A stretch of 64,000 bases of DNA from an uncultured Actinomycetota bacterium (GCA_963718235.1 CAVQYR010000001.1:1664001-1728000); one strand, 5' to 3'. Shown: positions 1-11,221, numbered from the stretch's first letter. Numbers and translations are program-made. Notes: generated by a model not told the origin, from the letters alone.

Positions 1-831
1 TCCGACGGGCGGTTTCTGGTCGAAGGACCGCAGGCGGTGCGTGAGGCGCTCGCCCGCGGCGCCGGTCCCTCCGCAGGTGTGCAGACTCTGTTCGTGACCG
101 CCGATGCGGCCTCCCGCCACCCCGAGCTCCTGTCCGCGGCGTCGTCGGCCGGGGTCGAGGTGCACCGGGTCGGCAACGACGTCGTGGGGGAGCTCACCCA
201 GACCGTCACCCCGCAGGGAGTCGTCGCGGTCTGCGACGTCCTCGACGTGCCGCTGGACTCGGTCCTGTCCACGCACCCGCGGCTCGTCGCGCTGCTGGCC
301 GAGGTCCGCGACCCCGGCAACGCCGGCTCGGTCCTCCGGGCGGCCGACGCGGCCGGCGCCGACGCGGTGATCTTCTCCAGCGGGTCGGTCGACGCCTACA
401 ACGGCAAGGTCGTGCGCGCCTCGGTGGGCGGGCTGTTCCACGTGCCGGTGGTCACCGACGTCCCCGTGCTGGACACGATGGCCCAGCTGCGTGCCTCCGG
501 GCTCCAGGTGCTGGCGGCCGACGGAGCAGGAGACACCGACCTCGACGACGCCGAGCGCACCGGGCTGCTGACTGCGCCCACCGCCTGGGTGTTCGGGAAC
601 GAGGCGTGGGGCCTCCCGCAGCAGGTGCGCGACGCGGCTGACGCCGTCGTCTCCATCCCGATCTACGGGCGGGCCGAGAGCCTCAACCTGGCCACCGCTG
701 CGGCGCTGTGCCTGTACGCCAGCGTGCGGGCGTCGCGTGCGTCGGTCGACCAAGGGCGCAGGGGATGCAGAAGTCGGGCGGTGAGCGGTAGCGCCCTCGG
801 AGATCCGGTGCTGGTAGGGCGATGCTGGTAG
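1..831 (+). CDS. TrmH/SpoU family RNA methyltransferase, 5' end outside the window
   Basis: Frame is open from base 1 (SDGRFLVEGPQAVREAL). SPOUT motifs DPGNAGSVLRAADAAG, VFGNEAWG and IPIYGRAESLNLATA are present. Confidence 0.93.
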   Translation, partial: SDGRFLVEGPQAVREALARGAGPSAGVQTLFVTADAASRHPELLSAASSAGVEVHRVGNDVVGELTQTVTPQGVVAVCDVLDVPLDSVLSTHPRLVALLAEVRDPGNAGSVLRAADAAGADAVIFSSGSVDAYNGKVVRASVGGLFHVPVVTDVPVLDTMAQLRASGLQVLAADGAGDTDLDDAERTGLLTAPTAWVFGNEAWGLPQQVRDAADAVVSIPIYGRAESLNLATAAALCLYASVRASRASVDQGRRGCRSRAVSGSALGDPVLVGRCW

Positions 832-2159
832 GGCGAGCTGTGGGGCGTGGTGGGTGCTGGTCGGGGCGGTGCTGGTCGGGGCGGTGCTGGTCGAGGCGGT
901 GCCGGTCCAGGACCGCGGGGGTCGCTCGCGAGGCACTGGCTGTGCGGACCGCGGAACCACAGCCGGGCATTGGCGCCGGACACTGGGTCGTCCTCGGTGA
1001 CCGACCAGCCACCCTCGTGCACGAGTCGGTGGTGGTAGCGGCACAGCAGGAGCCCGTTGGCGAAGTCAGTGGTCCCGCCATGGGTCCACGAAACGCGGTG
1101 GTGGGCGTCGGTGTAGCGCGGCGGACGGCTGCAGCCGGGGAACCGGCAGCCACCGTCGCGCACGGACAGGGCGCGCCGTTGGGCCGGACTGAACAGCCGC
1201 TGAGCTCGGCCCAGGTCGACCGGCACGGAGCCCGGGCCCAGCACCACACGGGAGACGACTGCGTCACAGCCCAGCCGTCCCACGGCGACCGGCGTGAGCA
1301 GTCCCGGACCGCCGGGGGTGCCCGAGACCGTGCCCGGAGCCCCGCAACTCGGATCGGCCAGGGCGTCCAGCGGGACCAGCACCTCGAGCCGTGTAGGTGC
1401 GCCGGACAGCGTCGGTAGCCGTTCGCTCTTCATGGCCAGTGCCGCGATCTCGACGAGGCCGTCGGCCCGGCGCTGCGCAACCGAACGCCGGTCGTCGGGG
1501 TCGCTGGGTACGCCGAACGGCGCCAGCGCCGCCGTGACCATCGCGGTGGCCTCGGCGTCGAGCAGACCGTCGAGTGCGGTCATGCCGTCGAGGAGCGGGG
1601 ACAGGGTCAGGTAGCGGCGGTCGAACTGGTCGCGTGCGTCATCGAGCGCCCCGTCGGGGTCGACGGTGTGACGCAGAGCCCGACCGGCGGTGCGCACTCG
1701 ACCGGCGTCGACGCGGTGCGCCAGTTCGGTCAGCACGCCGACTGCTTCGGCCTGGACAGCGTCCGGCAACGGCCGGACCGACCGTTCGATCGCCCGGACC
1801 TGGTCGTAGGTCACCCCACCCGCTGCCAAGGCCGCGACCGGCTCGCGCAGCACGCATCGGCCGGCGCGCGCGATCCGGACCCGCTCGCTGGCATCGCCGG
1901 GGGCCAGGTGTGCCGCACCCTGCAGCCAGGCCCCGGTCGACTGCGCGCCGTGCAGGACCTGACCGTCTCCGTGGGTGTCGAAGCTGCTGAGGACCTCGAG
2001 GAAGGCGGCTTCGGTAGCGTCGACCAGCTGCCGCAGCCCGACCAGCCAGGCCGCCCGCTCCTCAGCCGTCGCCGGCGCCACGCGTGGGGTGTCCGACCAG
2101 GCGCGCACGTCGTCGAGCACCGACCGCACAGGCGCGGGGAGGACGTCGGGAACGAACAC
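663..2159 (-). CDS. DUF222 (13E12-repeat-like) domain protein with C-terminal HNH endonuclease
   Basis: Motifs QRRADGL, RLFSPAQRRAL..RDGGCRFPGC, DAHHRVSW..GG.TD..NGLLLCRYHHRLVH. The tail after ..SDPRGP is low-complexity read-through. Confidence 0.88.
   Translation of the reverse strand: MFVPDVLPAPVRSVLDDVRAWSDTPRVAPATAEERAAWLVGLRQLVDATEAAFLEVLSSFDTHGDGQVLHGAQSTGAWLQGAAHLAPGDASERVRIARAGRCVLREPVAALAAGGVTYDQVRAIERSVRPLPDAVQAEAVGVLTELAHRVDAGRVRTAGRALRHTVDPDGALDDARDQFDRRYLTLSPLLDGMTALDGLLDAEATAMVTAALAPFGVPSDPDDRRSVAQRRADGLVEIAALAMKSERLPTLSGAPTRLEVLVPLDALADPSCGAPGTVSGTPGGPGLLTPVAVGRLGCDAVVSRVVLGPGSVPVDLGRAQRLFSPAQRRALSVRDGGCRFPGCSRPPRYTDAHHRVSWTHGGTTDFANGLLLCRYHHRLVHEGGWSVTEDDPVSGANARLWFRGPHSQCLASDPRGPGPAPPRPAPPRPAPPRPAPTTPHSSPYQHRPTSTGSPRALPLTARLLHPLRPWSTDARDARTLAYRHSAAAVARLRLSARP
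853..907. repeat. 15-bp tandem repeat, about 3.7 copies (GGTGCTGGTCGGGGC)
   Basis: Read directly. Encodes PAPPR repeats in the DUF222 tail. Confidence 0.85.
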
Positions 2160-2335
2160 GAGAGCAGGCTCCGAACCGGGGGACGGGACGTGGCGGCGTC
2201 GGTGCTGCTGACCGTCTCTTGTTGCCCGGTCTTCGCTGGCTCGTCAACTGGAGCGCGGGAACGCGCTGCCTCGCATACTTCTCAGGGAGCACCCTGTCGC
2301 CTCGATGTGGGCCGGGGTGCCGTCTTCGTCGCCAC

Positions 2336-2380
2336 TCGAACAAGTGTTCGAATTCTACCGTGCCGAACGATGCCGGTCAA
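2336..2380 (-). promoter_or_regulatory. sigmaA-type promoter with abutting LexA (SOS) box for the DUF222/HNH gene
   Basis: Minus strand reads TTGACC (2380-2375), N17, TAGAAT (2357-2352), then TCGAACACTTGTTCGA (2351-2336), which matches the actinobacterial LexA consensus TCGAAC-N4-GTTCGA. Confidence 0.88.
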
Positions 2381-2492
2381 CCCCCTGTGCGCGACCGAGC
2401 CGGACCATCGGGGTGCTGCTCGGGTCCGGCGTCCGGGGGTGGGACCAGGGGCGTGCCCGGAAATGGCCAGCCGCGGCGGCTAGGCTCCGCCC

Positions 2493-3596
2493 GTGCCGAG
2501 CAGCGCCCCTCCCACCGCCGCCGCCGACGACGGGGCGAGTCCGGTCGACTACGACGTCCTCCCCGACGGCGTGGTCGTGGCCGACGCACACGGCACGGTC
2601 GTGGTGTTCAACCGGGCCGCCGAACGGGTCACCGGGCTGCGCGCCGAGCAGGCCCTGGGGCGGCCGCTGGTCGAGGCCCTCCCACTCACCGACGGCGCCG
2701 GTCGCGACTGGTGGCTGGTCAGCAACCCGTTCGGCGGCCTGGCGACCAGGACCCGCCAGGTCGAGCGGGCGCTGTCCCTGCCCGACGGTCGCACCGTCCT
2801 GGCCACCGCCGCCTACCAGCGCAAGCAGCGGGGTGGGCCCGTGCAGCGGGTGGTCATCGCTCTGCGGGGCACGGAGGCGCGCGACCGGATGGAGCAGGTC
2901 CACGCCGACCTGATCGCCACGGTCGCCCACGAGCTGCGCTCGCCGTTGACCGGCGTCAAGGGCTTCACCGCGACCCTGCTCGGCAAGTGGGAGAAGTTCA
3001 CCGACGAGCAGCGACGCCTCATGCTGGAGGCGGTCGACTCCGACGCCGACCGGCTCACCCGGCTGATCGCCGAGCTGCTCGATGTCGCCCGGATCGACTC
3101 CGGCCGGGTGCAGCTCCACCGGCTGCCGCTCGACCTGAACGCGCTGGTCCGGCGCCGGGTCGAGGCGCAGGTGGTGGCCGGCCGCGACCGGGACAGCTAT
3201 CAGCTCGACCTGGCGACCGGCGTGCCGGAGGTCTGGGTCGACCCGGACAAGCTCGGCCAGGTCATCGACAACCTGCTGGAGAATGCCGCCCGCCACGGCG
3301 ACGGGCTGATCACCGTGTCGCTGCGCCACGACCCCGACGGTGTGGTGCTGGCGGTGACCGACGAGGGGCCGGGGGTTCCGGAGCACCAGGCCACCCGGGT
3401 GTTCGGCCGGTTCTGGAAGGGACCGGACCGTGGCGGCACCGGCCTGGGGCTGTACGTCGTGCGCGGCCTCGTCGAGGCCCACGGCGGGCGGGTCGCACTC
3501 GTGCCTCCGGAGACAGGAGGCGCCCGGTTCGTCGTCGTGCTGCCTGCGGGCGAGCCGGAGCGAACGGACGCGACCGGTGCGGGGGCGGACTCCTAG
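2493..3596 (+). CDS. PAS-domain sensor histidine kinase (cytoplasmic, orphan)
   Basis: PAS motif LPDGVVVAD..G.VVVFNRAAE, H-box AHELRSPLT, N-box NLLENA, G boxes DEGPG and GTGLGL. Confidence 0.92.
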   Translation: MPSSAPPTAAADDGASPVDYDVLPDGVVVADAHGTVVVFNRAAERVTGLRAEQALGRPLVEALPLTDGAGRDWWLVSNPFGGLATRTRQVERALSLPDGRTVLATAAYQRKQRGGPVQRVVIALRGTEARDRMEQVHADLIATVAHELRSPLTGVKGFTATLLGKWEKFTDEQRRLMLEAVDSDADRLTRLIAELLDVARIDSGRVQLHRLPLDLNALVRRRVEAQVVAGRDRDSYQLDLATGVPEVWVDPDKLGQVIDNLLENAARHGDGLITVSLRHDPDGVVLAVTDEGPGVPEHQATRVFGRFWKGPDRGGTGLGLYVVRGLVEAHGGRVALVPPETGGARFVVVLPAGEPERTDATGAGADS

Positions 3597-3650
3597 ACTC
3601 TGCGCGGGGTCCGCCGCCAGGCGCCCGTCCAGCCGTCGACAAGGGAGCCG

Positions 3651-4760
3651 ATGTCCGCGCCGAACCAGCCGTTCGACCCGGTCGAGGTCACGCCGCTGCA
3701 CCCCGACCAGGTGGCCGCCATGCGTGACGCCGCGATCGAGGCGGTCGCGGCGGCGTCGACCCTGGACGCGCTGAAGGAGGCCCGGCTGGCCCATGCCGGA
3801 GACCGATCGCCGCTCGCGCTGGCGAACCGCGAGATCGGCGCGCTTCCCCCGCAGGCCAAGGCCGACGCCGGACGCCGGGTCGGCCAGGCCAGGGCGGCCG
3901 TGCGGCTCGCCCTGGAGCAACGACAGGCCGAGCTGGAGGCCGAGCGCGACGCCTCCGTGCTGGTCGAGGAGTCGGTCGACGTCACGCTGCCGTGGGACCG
4001 ACGGGTCGAGGGCGCCAGGCACCCGCTGACCACGATCCAGGAGCGGGTCGCCGAGATCTTCCTCGCCATGGGGTACGAGGTCGCCGAGGGGCCCGAGGTC
4101 GAGGCCGAGTGGTTCAACTTCGACGCGCTGAACATCCCCCCGGACCATCCGACGCGGGCGATGAGCGACACGTTCTTCGTCACCTCACCGGAGTCGGGCG
4201 TCGTGCTGCGGACCCACACCTCGCCGGTGCAGGCGCGGGTGATGCTCGAGCGCCGACCACCGATCTACGTCATCGTGCCCGGACGCACCTACCGGACCGA
4301 CGAGCTCGACGCGACTCACACCCCGGTCTTCCACCAGGTCGAGGGGCTCGTGGTCGACGAGGGCATCACCATGGCGCACCTGAAGGGGACCCTCGAGCAC
4401 TTCGTCCAGGAGCTGTTCGGCGCCGACCTGGTCACCAGGCTGCGCCCGTCATTCTTCCCGTTCACCGAGCCCAGCGCCGAGCTGGACTTCCAGTGCTTCG
4501 TCTGCCGGGGTGCCTCGGTGGGCGATCCCGACCACCCGTGTCGCACCTGTGCCTCGGAGGGCTGGATCGAGTGGGGCGGCTGCGGCATGGTGAACCCACG
4601 GGTGCTGCAGGCCTGCGGCATCGACCCGCAGCGCTACTCCGGCTTCGCCTTCGGCATGGGCCTGGAGCGGGGCCTGATGCTGCGGCACGGCATCGCGGAC
4701 ATGCGCGACATGGTCGAGGGCGACGTGCGGTTCAGCCGTGCGTTCGGGACGGAGATCTGA
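3651..4760 (+). CDS. pheS: Phenylalanine--tRNA ligase alpha subunit
   Basis: Motifs [40 protein letters not shown]. Confidence 0.98.
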   Translation: MSAPNQPFDPVEVTPLHPDQVAAMRDAAIEAVAAASTLDALKEARLAHAGDRSPLALANREIGALPPQAKADAGRRVGQARAAVRLALEQRQAELEAERDASVLVEESVDVTLPWDRRVEGARHPLTTIQERVAEIFLAMGYEVAEGPEVEAEWFNFDALNIPPDHPTRAMSDTFFVTSPESGVVLRTHTSPVQARVMLERRPPIYVIVPGRTYRTDELDATHTPVFHQVEGLVVDEGITMAHLKGTLEHFVQELFGADLVTRLRPSFFPFTEPSAELDFQCFVCRGASVGDPDHPCRTCASEGWIEWGGCGMVNPRVLQACGIDPQRYSGFAFGMGLERGLMLRHGIADMRDMVEGDVRFSRAFGTEI

Positions 4761-7267
4761 TGCGGGCCCCCCTGTCGTGGATCCGCGAGTACGCCGACCT
4801 CCCCGAGACCGTCACCGCCCGTGAGCTCGCCGGGGCGCTGATCGCAGCGGGACTGGAGGTCGAGACCGTCGACCACCTCGGGGCCGACGTCGCGGGGCCG
4901 CTGGTCGTCGGACGGGTGCTGTCCTTCACCGAGGAGACCCACTCCAACGGCAAGACGATCCGCTGGTGCCGGGTCGACGTCGGAGCGACACACAACGACC
5001 CAGCCACCGGCGACGAGCCGGCCGGTCGGGGGATCGTGTGCGGCGCGCGCAACTTCGGCGTCGACGACCTCGTCGTCGTGTCACTGCCAGGTGCGGTGCT
5101 GCCCGGCGGTTTCGCGATCACGGCTCGTACCACCTACGGCCACGTCTCCGACGGGATGATCTGCTCCTCGCGCGAGCTGGGCACCGGCGACGACCACGAC
5201 GGGATCATCGTGCTCCCGGCCGGGGTGGCCGCGCCGGGTCACGACGCGGTCGCGCTGCTCGGCCTGCGCGAGGACGTGCTCGACATCGCCGTCACCCCCG
5301 ACCGCGGCTACGCGCTGTCGATCCGGGGCGTCGCCCGCGAGGCCGCGACGGCGTTCGGCTGTGCGTTCACCGACCCGGCCGCGCTCGAGGTCGCATCCGC
5401 GTCCGGGCCCGACTGGCCGTTGGCGGTGGAGGCGGTCGACGGCTGTGACCGGTTCGTGTTCCGCACCGTCACCGGTTTCGACGAGTCGGCGCAGTCACCG
5501 CTGTGGATGCAGCGTCGGCTGAACCAGGCCGGTATGCGACCGATCTCGCTGGCGGTCGACATCACCAACTACGTGATGCTCGAGCTCGGCCAGCCGCTGC
5601 ACGCCTACGACCGGTCACGGCTGCAGGGCACGGTTGTCGTGCGCCGCGCTCGACCGGGGGAGACGCTGACTACCCTCGACGGTGCGGTGCGGTCGCTCGA
5701 CGTCGACGACCTGCTCATCACCGACGACCGGGGGCCGATCGGGATCGCCGGCGTCATGGGAGGTGCGTCGACGGAGATCGACGACGCGACGACCGACATC
5801 GTGATCGAGGCGGCCCACTTCGAGCCCACCTCCATCGCGCGCGCGATCCGACGGCACAAGCTGCCGAGCGAGGCGTCGCGACGCTTCGAGCGTGGGGTCG
5901 ACGACCGGCTCCAGGAGGTCGCGGCCGAACGCGCCGCGCGGCTGCTCGTCGAGCTCGGCGGTGCAACGGCTGCCGACAGCGCGACGGTCTTCGACCAGGC
6001 GCCGGCGCCGACTGTCATCGACCTCGACCTGAACCTCCCCAGCCGGCTCGTCGGCCACGACTACCCCCACGACGAGGTGGAGCGGCTCCTGGTCGCGGCC
6101 GGCTGCTCGCTTCGGGTCGAGGGCTCGCGTGCCGAGGTCACTGCGCCGTCGTGGCGCCCGGACCTGCGGATGCCGGCCGACCTGGTCGAGGAGGTCGCTC
6201 GACTGCACGGGTACGACGCGATTCCGTCGGTGCTGCCTCCGGTGCTCGCGGGGCACGGCCTGACCGACCGGCAGCGGCTGCGCCGAAGGGTCGGGCTCGT
6301 CCTGGCCGGCGACGGGTACACCGAGGTGCTCACGTACCCGTTCGTCGCACCGGGTGTGCATGATGCTTTCGGGCTGTCCGAGGACGACCCGCGGCGGCAG
6401 GCGCTGCATCTGGCGAACCCGCTGTCCGACGAGGAGCCCTCCCTGCGCACGACGCTCCTGCCGGGGCTGCTGACCACGCTCAGGCGCAACGTCTCCCGCG
6501 GGTTCGACGACGTCGCGCTGTTCGAGTCGGGACTGGTGTTCCTGCCCCGCGCGGGCGGAGCCGAGCAGGCACCCCGGCCCGGCGTCGAGGGGCGCCCGAC
6601 GTCCGCGGAGGTCGCCGCGCTGGACGCCGCTCTGCCCGACCAGCCGCGGCACGTCGCGACGGTTCTCGCCGGTGCACGCTCGCGTTCGGGGTGGTGGGGG
6701 GACGGCGATCCGGCCGGGTGGGCCGACGCGGTGGAGTCCGCGCAGCGGGTGGCCGGCGCTGCCGGAGTCACGCTGCGGGTCCGCGCCGCACAGCGGGCAC
6801 CGTGGCACCCCGGACGCTGCGCGGAGCTGCTGGTCGACGACGTGTCCGTCGGGCACGCCGGTGAGCTGCACCCGCGGGTGGTGGCTGCGCTCGGGCTGCC
6901 CGCCCGGACGTCGGCCATGGAGCTCGACCTGGACGCCGTGGCCGACCGCGCCGTGTGGGTCCGCCGGGCACCCCTGATCACCACGTACCCGGTGGCCAAG
7001 GAGGACGTCGCGCTCGTCGTCGACGCCGCGGTACCGGCGCAGGAGGTCGCCACCGCGCTGCGGGAGGGCGCCGGCGCGCTGGTCGAGCAGGTGCGCCTGT
7101 TCGACGTCTACGAGGGCGAGCAGGTGGGCGCCGGACGCCGTTCGCTGGCGTTCGCACTGAGGTTCCGGGCGCCGGACCGCACGCTCACCCTCGAGGAGGT
7201 CAGCGCCGCCCGCGACGCCGCGGTCGCCGAGGCGACCCGTCGGACCGGTGCCACCCTGCGCACCTGA
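4760..7267 (+). CDS. pheT: Phenylalanine--tRNA ligase beta subunit
   Basis: ATG overlaps the pheS stop (TGATG). Motifs [32 protein letters not shown] and a C-terminal FDX-ACB domain (LFDVYEG). Confidence 0.97.
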   Translation: MRAPLSWIREYADLPETVTARELAGALIAAGLEVETVDHLGADVAGPLVVGRVLSFTEETHSNGKTIRWCRVDVGATHNDPATGDEPAGRGIVCGARNFGVDDLVVVSLPGAVLPGGFAITARTTYGHVSDGMICSSRELGTGDDHDGIIVLPAGVAAPGHDAVALLGLREDVLDIAVTPDRGYALSIRGVAREAATAFGCAFTDPAALEVASASGPDWPLAVEAVDGCDRFVFRTVTGFDESAQSPLWMQRRLNQAGMRPISLAVDITNYVMLELGQPLHAYDRSRLQGTVVVRRARPGETLTTLDGAVRSLDVDDLLITDDRGPIGIAGVMGGASTEIDDATTDIVIEAAHFEPTSIARAIRRHKLPSEASRRFERGVDDRLQEVAAERAARLLVELGGATAADSATVFDQAPAPTVIDLDLNLPSRLVGHDYPHDEVERLLVAAGCSLRVEGSRAEVTAPSWRPDLRMPADLVEEVARLHGYDAIPSVLPPVLAGHGLTDRQRLRRRVGLVLAGDGYTEVLTYPFVAPGVHDAFGLSEDDPRRQALHLANPLSDEEPSLRTTLLPGLLTTLRRNVSRGFDDVALFESGLVFLPRAGGAEQAPRPGVEGRPTSAEVAALDAALPDQPRHVATVLAGARSRSGWWGDGDPAGWADAVESAQRVAGAAGVTLRVRAAQRAPWHPGRCAELLVDDVSVGHAGELHPRVVAALGLPARTSAMELDLDAVADRAVWVRRAPLITTYPVAKEDVALVVDAAVPAQEVATALREGAGALVEQVRLFDVYEGEQVGAGRRSLAFALRFRAPDRTLTLEEVSAARDAAVAEATRRTGATLRT

Positions 7268-7345
7268 CCCCGCCCACCACCTGACCCGGCCCACCACGTG
7301 GCGCCGCCCACCACCTGAGCCCGCCCACCACCTGACCCCGCCCCA
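7261..7345. repeat. 17-bp degenerate tandem repeat, 5 copies (CACCTGACCCCGCCCAC), starting at the pheT stop
   Basis: Units at 7261, 7278, 7295, 7312 and 7329. Confidence 0.85.
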
Positions 7346-7485
7346 CACCACGACACAACCCCGCCAGGGCGACGATCAGGTTTGCTGGTGGCAAGGGGCC
7401 TTTGCTGGCGGTCCGCCGCCGGCAAAGCGACGGTACGGCGGACCAAGCGAGGGGGCGCAGGCTCGCGCGCCGGTACGCTACGCGA

Positions 7486-8127
7486 ATGGCGATCGAGCTG
7501 CGTTCCCGGCCCGCGTCGCGCGGTGAGCGGGTCGTGGCCGCCTTCGTCGACGCGCTCGTGGCGTCGGTCTCCTTGTTCGTCGTCTGGGCGTTCCTGGGCT
7601 GGTTCCTGGGCCTGGTCCACTTCCAGGGCGAGCAGGTGGGCTTCGGCACCGGCATCTGCCAGGGGTCGGGCTGTGACTACGAGTGGTTCGCCGAGCACGG
7701 GCAGGGCGGTCCCTCGTTCTGGATCTCCCTCGTGATCAGCAGCGCCGTCGTCATCATGATGTCCGGGGCGCTGTCCAAGGACCGCCGGTCCCCGGGCCAG
7801 CTGGCGTCCAGCATCTATCCCGTGCCCGCCGGCGACGTCGGCACGACGTCCCTCGACCCGCCGGCGCGTTGGCGGCTGCTCCTGCGCTGGGCGATCGTCC
7901 TGGTCGCCTTCATGGTGGGCACCAAGCTCGGGGGAGGCATGCTGGGGATCCTCCTGGTCACCCTCACCTGGCTGCCCAGCCTGGTCGGACCCCGGCGGTC
8001 GCTGTACGACTGCGCGACCGGGGTGGCCATGGTGGCCCTCGTCGCGCAGGAGGCCCACCAGGGCTCGACTCCGGGCGGCCGCGACGGCGACGGGCGCAGC
8101 TCACGGATCCGGGACCCGTTTGCATGA
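7486..8127 (+). CDS. RDD-family-like membrane protein
   Basis: ASRGERVVAAFVD at the N-terminus, SPGQ, and RRSLYDCATG at the C-terminus; several hydrophobic segments. The start codon is inferred. Confidence 0.65.
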   Translation: MAIELRSRPASRGERVVAAFVDALVASVSLFVVWAFLGWFLGLVHFQGEQVGFGTGICQGSGCDYEWFAEHGQGGPSFWISLVISSAVVIMMSGALSKDRRSPGQLASSIYPVPAGDVGTTSLDPPARWRLLLRWAIVLVAFMVGTKLGGGMLGILLVTLTWLPSLVGPRRSLYDCATGVAMVALVAQEAHQGSTPGGRDGDGRSSRIRDPFA

Positions 8128-8150
8128 GTATGCGCTCTCCCGTATACACT
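8119..8150 (+). promoter_or_regulatory. ARG box overlapping the argC promoter (probably a leaderless transcript)
   Basis: TTTGCATGAGTATGCG resembles TGCAT-N4-ATGCA. A -10-like TACACT at 8145-8150 lies 7 nt before the argC ATG, and argR is in the operon. Confidence 0.65.
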
Positions 8151-8157
8151 CGCTGCC

Positions 8158-9189
8158 ATGTCCGTTCGGGTAGCCGTCGCCGGTGCCTCCGGCTATGCCG
8201 GGGGTGAGCTGCTCCGGCTCCTGCTCGGCCACCCGGCGCTGAGCCCGTGGCTGGTGGCCGCCGGGAGCCAGGCCGGTCGCCGGGTCGGGGAGGTGCACCC
8301 CTCTCTGACGCCGCTGGCCGACCAGGTGATGGCCCCCACCGACGCCACGACCCTCGGGCAGGCCGACCTGGTGTTCCTGGCCCTGCCGCACGGCGAGTCT
8401 GCCGCGCTCGCCGCCCGGCTTCGAAGCGAGGTGCCGGTCGTCGACCTCGGCGCCGACCATCGCCTGGCCGACCCCGACGCCTGGGCGGCCTACTACGGTC
8501 CAGAGCACGCGGGGTCGTGGGTCTACGGCCTGCCGGAGCTGCCGGGGCGCCGGGCGCTGATCGCCGACACCACCCGGGTTGCCAACCCCGGCTGCTACCC
8601 GACTTCGGTGGCCGTGGGCATGGCTCCCTTGCTGGCGGCGGGTCTGGTCGACCCCGGTGACGTGGTCGTCGTCGCGGCGTCCGGTGCGTCCGGAGCCGGA
8701 CGCACGCCGTCACCCACGCTGCTGGGCAGCGAGGTCATGGGCTCCCTGTCGGCCTACAAGGCCGGTGGAGCCCACCAGCACACCCCGGAGATGGAGCAGA
8801 CGCTGACCGAGGCCGCGGGTGAGTCGGTCACCGTGTCCTTCACCCCGATCCTGGCCCCGATGCCTCGCGGCATCCTCGCCACCACGACCGCCCGGCTCGT
8901 CGACGGTGTGACCACCGAGGCACTGCGCGACGCAGTGGGTGCCGCCTACGACGGAGAGGCCTTCGTGCACCTCCTGCCCGAGGGCCGCTGGCCGCGTACG
9001 GCGGACGTCGGCGGCAGCAACGCCGTCCACGTGCAGGTGGCCGCCGACCGCCACGCCGGTCGGGCAGTGGTCGTCGTCGCGATCGACAACCTGGGCAAGG
9101 GCGCAGCCGGTCAGGCGGTCCAGAACGCGAACCTGATGCTCGGCCTCGACGAGACCGCCGGGCTGTCGGCCGTTGGGGTGGCGCCATGA
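8158..9189 (+). CDS. argC: N-acetyl-gamma-glutamyl-phosphate reductase
   Basis: Motifs GASGYAGGEL, ANPGCYPT, DNLGKGAAGQAVQN. Confidence 0.97.
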   Translation: MSVRVAVAGASGYAGGELLRLLLGHPALSPWLVAAGSQAGRRVGEVHPSLTPLADQVMAPTDATTLGQADLVFLALPHGESAALAARLRSEVPVVDLGADHRLADPDAWAAYYGPEHAGSWVYGLPELPGRRALIADTTRVANPGCYPTSVAVGMAPLLAAGLVDPGDVVVVAASGASGAGRTPSPTLLGSEVMGSLSAYKAGGAHQHTPEMEQTLTEAAGESVTVSFTPILAPMPRGILATTTARLVDGVTTEALRDAVGAAYDGEAFVHLLPEGRWPRTADVGGSNAVHVQVAADRHAGRAVVVVAIDNLGKGAAGQAVQNANLMLGLDETAGLSAVGVAP

Positions 9190-10346
9190 CGGGGGTCGGG
9201 GTGACCGCCGCGAAGGGCTTCCGGGCGGCCGGGGCCGCGGCGGGACTGAAGTCGACCGGGGCGCTCGACGTCGCCGTGGTCGTCAACGACGGTCCCCACC
9301 ACAGCGCGGCTGCGGTCTTCACCCGCAACCGGGTGCAGGCCGCTCCCGTGGTTTGGAGCCGCGCCGTGGTCGGGGGAGGCGACGTGCGGGCCGTGGTCCT
9401 CAACTCCGGGGGAGCCAATGCCTGCACCGGCAGCGAGGGATGGCTCGACGCCGTCGACACCGCAACGACCCTCGGCGACCTGCTCGGTGTCCCCGCCGAG
9501 ACGGTCGCGGTCTGCTCGACCGGTCTGATCGGGGAGCGCCTGGACCTGGCGGCGCTGCGTCGTGGGTCGGGCGCATGCGTCGCCGACCTGCGAGCCGACG
9601 GCGGGGCTGACGCGGCCCGGGCGATCATGACCACCGACTCGGTTCCCAAGACCGCGCAGGCCGACGGGCCCGGTTTCGTCGTGGGAGGCATGGCGAAGGG
9701 AGCCGGGATGCTGGCCCCCGGGCTCGCCACCATGCTCTCGGTGCTCACCACCGATGCCGTCGTCACGGCGCACGACCTCGACGCCGCCCTGCGTGAGGTC
9801 ACCGCCCGGACCTTCGACCGGGTCGACTCCGACGGCTGCATGTCGACCAACGACACCGTGCTCCTGCTCGCCTCCGGGGCCAGCGGTGTGGCACCGGCTC
9901 GCGGGGAGCTCGAGCAAGCCCTCGAGGACGTGTGTCTTCAGCTGGCCCGCCAGCTCGTCGCCGATGCCGAGGGGGCCACCAAGGACATCAGGGTCGACGT
10001 CGTCGGCGCCGTCGACGACGACGACGCGGTCGAGGTCGCCCGGGCCGTGGCCCGCAGCAACCTGTTCAAGTGCGCCGTGCACGGGGAGGACCCGAACTGG
10101 GGACGAGTGCTGTCCGCGGTGGGTACCACCGCGGCGGACTTCCGGCCCGAGCAGCTGGCGGTCGCGATCAACGGGGTGTGGGTGGCCCGCGACGGTGGAC
10201 CCGGCGAGGACCGGGCGAAGGTCGACATGACGGCCCGGGAGGTCGTCGTCACGGTCGACCTGCGTGCCGGGTCGGCGTCGGGCTGGGTGTGGACCAACGA
10301 CCTCACCGCCCAGTACGTCCACGAGAACTCGGCGTACTCGTCATGA
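9186..10346 (+). CDS. argJ: Bifunctional ornithine acetyltransferase
   Basis: Motifs [32 protein letters not shown]. Confidence 0.97.
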   Translation: MTGVGVTAAKGFRAAGAAAGLKSTGALDVAVVVNDGPHHSAAAVFTRNRVQAAPVVWSRAVVGGGDVRAVVLNSGGANACTGSEGWLDAVDTATTLGDLLGVPAETVAVCSTGLIGERLDLAALRRGSGACVADLRADGGADAARAIMTTDSVPKTAQADGPGFVVGGMAKGAGMLAPGLATMLSVLTTDAVVTAHDLDAALREVTARTFDRVDSDGCMSTNDTVLLLASGASGVAPARGELEQALEDVCLQLARQLVADAEGATKDIRVDVVGAVDDDDAVEVARAVARSNLFKCAVHGEDPNWGRVLSAVGTTAADFRPEQLAVAINGVWVARDGGPGEDRAKVDMTAREVVVTVDLRAGSASGWVWTNDLTAQYVHENSAYSS

Positions 10347-11221
10347 GTCGCGACCAGTCGGCCGTCCGGTCGAAGGCGGCGGTGCTCGCCGAGGCGCTGC
10401 CGTGGCTCGAGCAGCTGCACGGAGCCACCGTCGTGGTGAAGTACGGCGGCAACGCCATGGTCGACGAGGAGCTCCAGCGAGCCTTCGCGCAGGACATCGT
10501 GTTCCTGCGGCTGGCCGGGCTACGTCCGGTCGTCGTGCACGGCGGCGGCCCCCAGATCAACGCGATGCTCGACCGGCTCGGTGTCGACTCGCAGTTCCGT
10601 GGCGGCCTGCGGGTCACCACCCCTGAGGCGATGGATGTCGTTCGGATGGTGCTGACGGGCAAGGTGCAGCGCGAGCTCGTCGGCCTGATCAACGAGCACG
10701 GCCCCTGGGCGGTGGGCATGTCAGGGGAGGACGCCCACCTGTTCTCGGCGAAGCCCGCCACCCTCACCGTCGACGAGGAGGTCGTCGACCTGGGCCTGGT
10801 CGGGGAGGTGGTGCGGGTCGAGCCCGCGTTCGTCCGCTCGGTCCTGGACGACGGACTCATCCCCGTGGTGTCCAGCATCGCCCGTGGCGACGACTCGGCG
10901 GTCTACAACGTCAACGCCGACACCGCGGCCGCCGAGCTCGCGGTGGCCCTCGAGGCGCGCAAGCTGGTCGTGCTGACCGACGTCGAAGGCCTCTACCGCG
11001 ACTGGCCGTACAGCGACGAGGTGGTCAGCGAGATCTCCGCCACCGAGCTGGAGGACCTCCTGCCCTCGTTGGCGAGCGGAATGCTGCCCAAGATGGAGGC
11101 ATGTCTGAGGGCGGTGCGCGGGGGAGTGGGGAAGGCCCACGTGCTCGACGGTCGGGTGGCCCACTCCCTGCTGCTCGAGGTGTTCACCGACGAGGGCATC
11201 GGGACACAGGTGCTGCCGTGA
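10343..11221 (+). CDS. argB: Acetylglutamate kinase
   Basis: Motifs [33 protein letters not shown] overlaps the argJ stop. Confidence 0.97.
   Translation: MSRDQSAVRSKAAVLAEALPWLEQLHGATVVVKYGGNAMVDEELQRAFAQDIVFLRLAGLRPVVVHGGGPQINAMLDRLGVDSQFRGGLRVTTPEAMDVVRMVLTGKVQRELVGLINEHGPWAVGMSGEDAHLFSAKPATLTVDEEVVDLGLVGEVVRVEPAFVRSVLDDGLIPVVSSIARGDDSAVYNVNADTAAAELAVALEARKLVVLTDVEGLYRDWPYSDEVVSEISATELEDLLPSLASGMLPKMEACLRAVRGGVGKAHVLDGRVAHSLLLEVFTDEGIGTQVLP

Noticed and set aside
3992-4759. 1091-aa PheT with a long N-terminal extension
   Set aside because: The extension overlaps pheS out of frame; the real start is the ATG at 4760.
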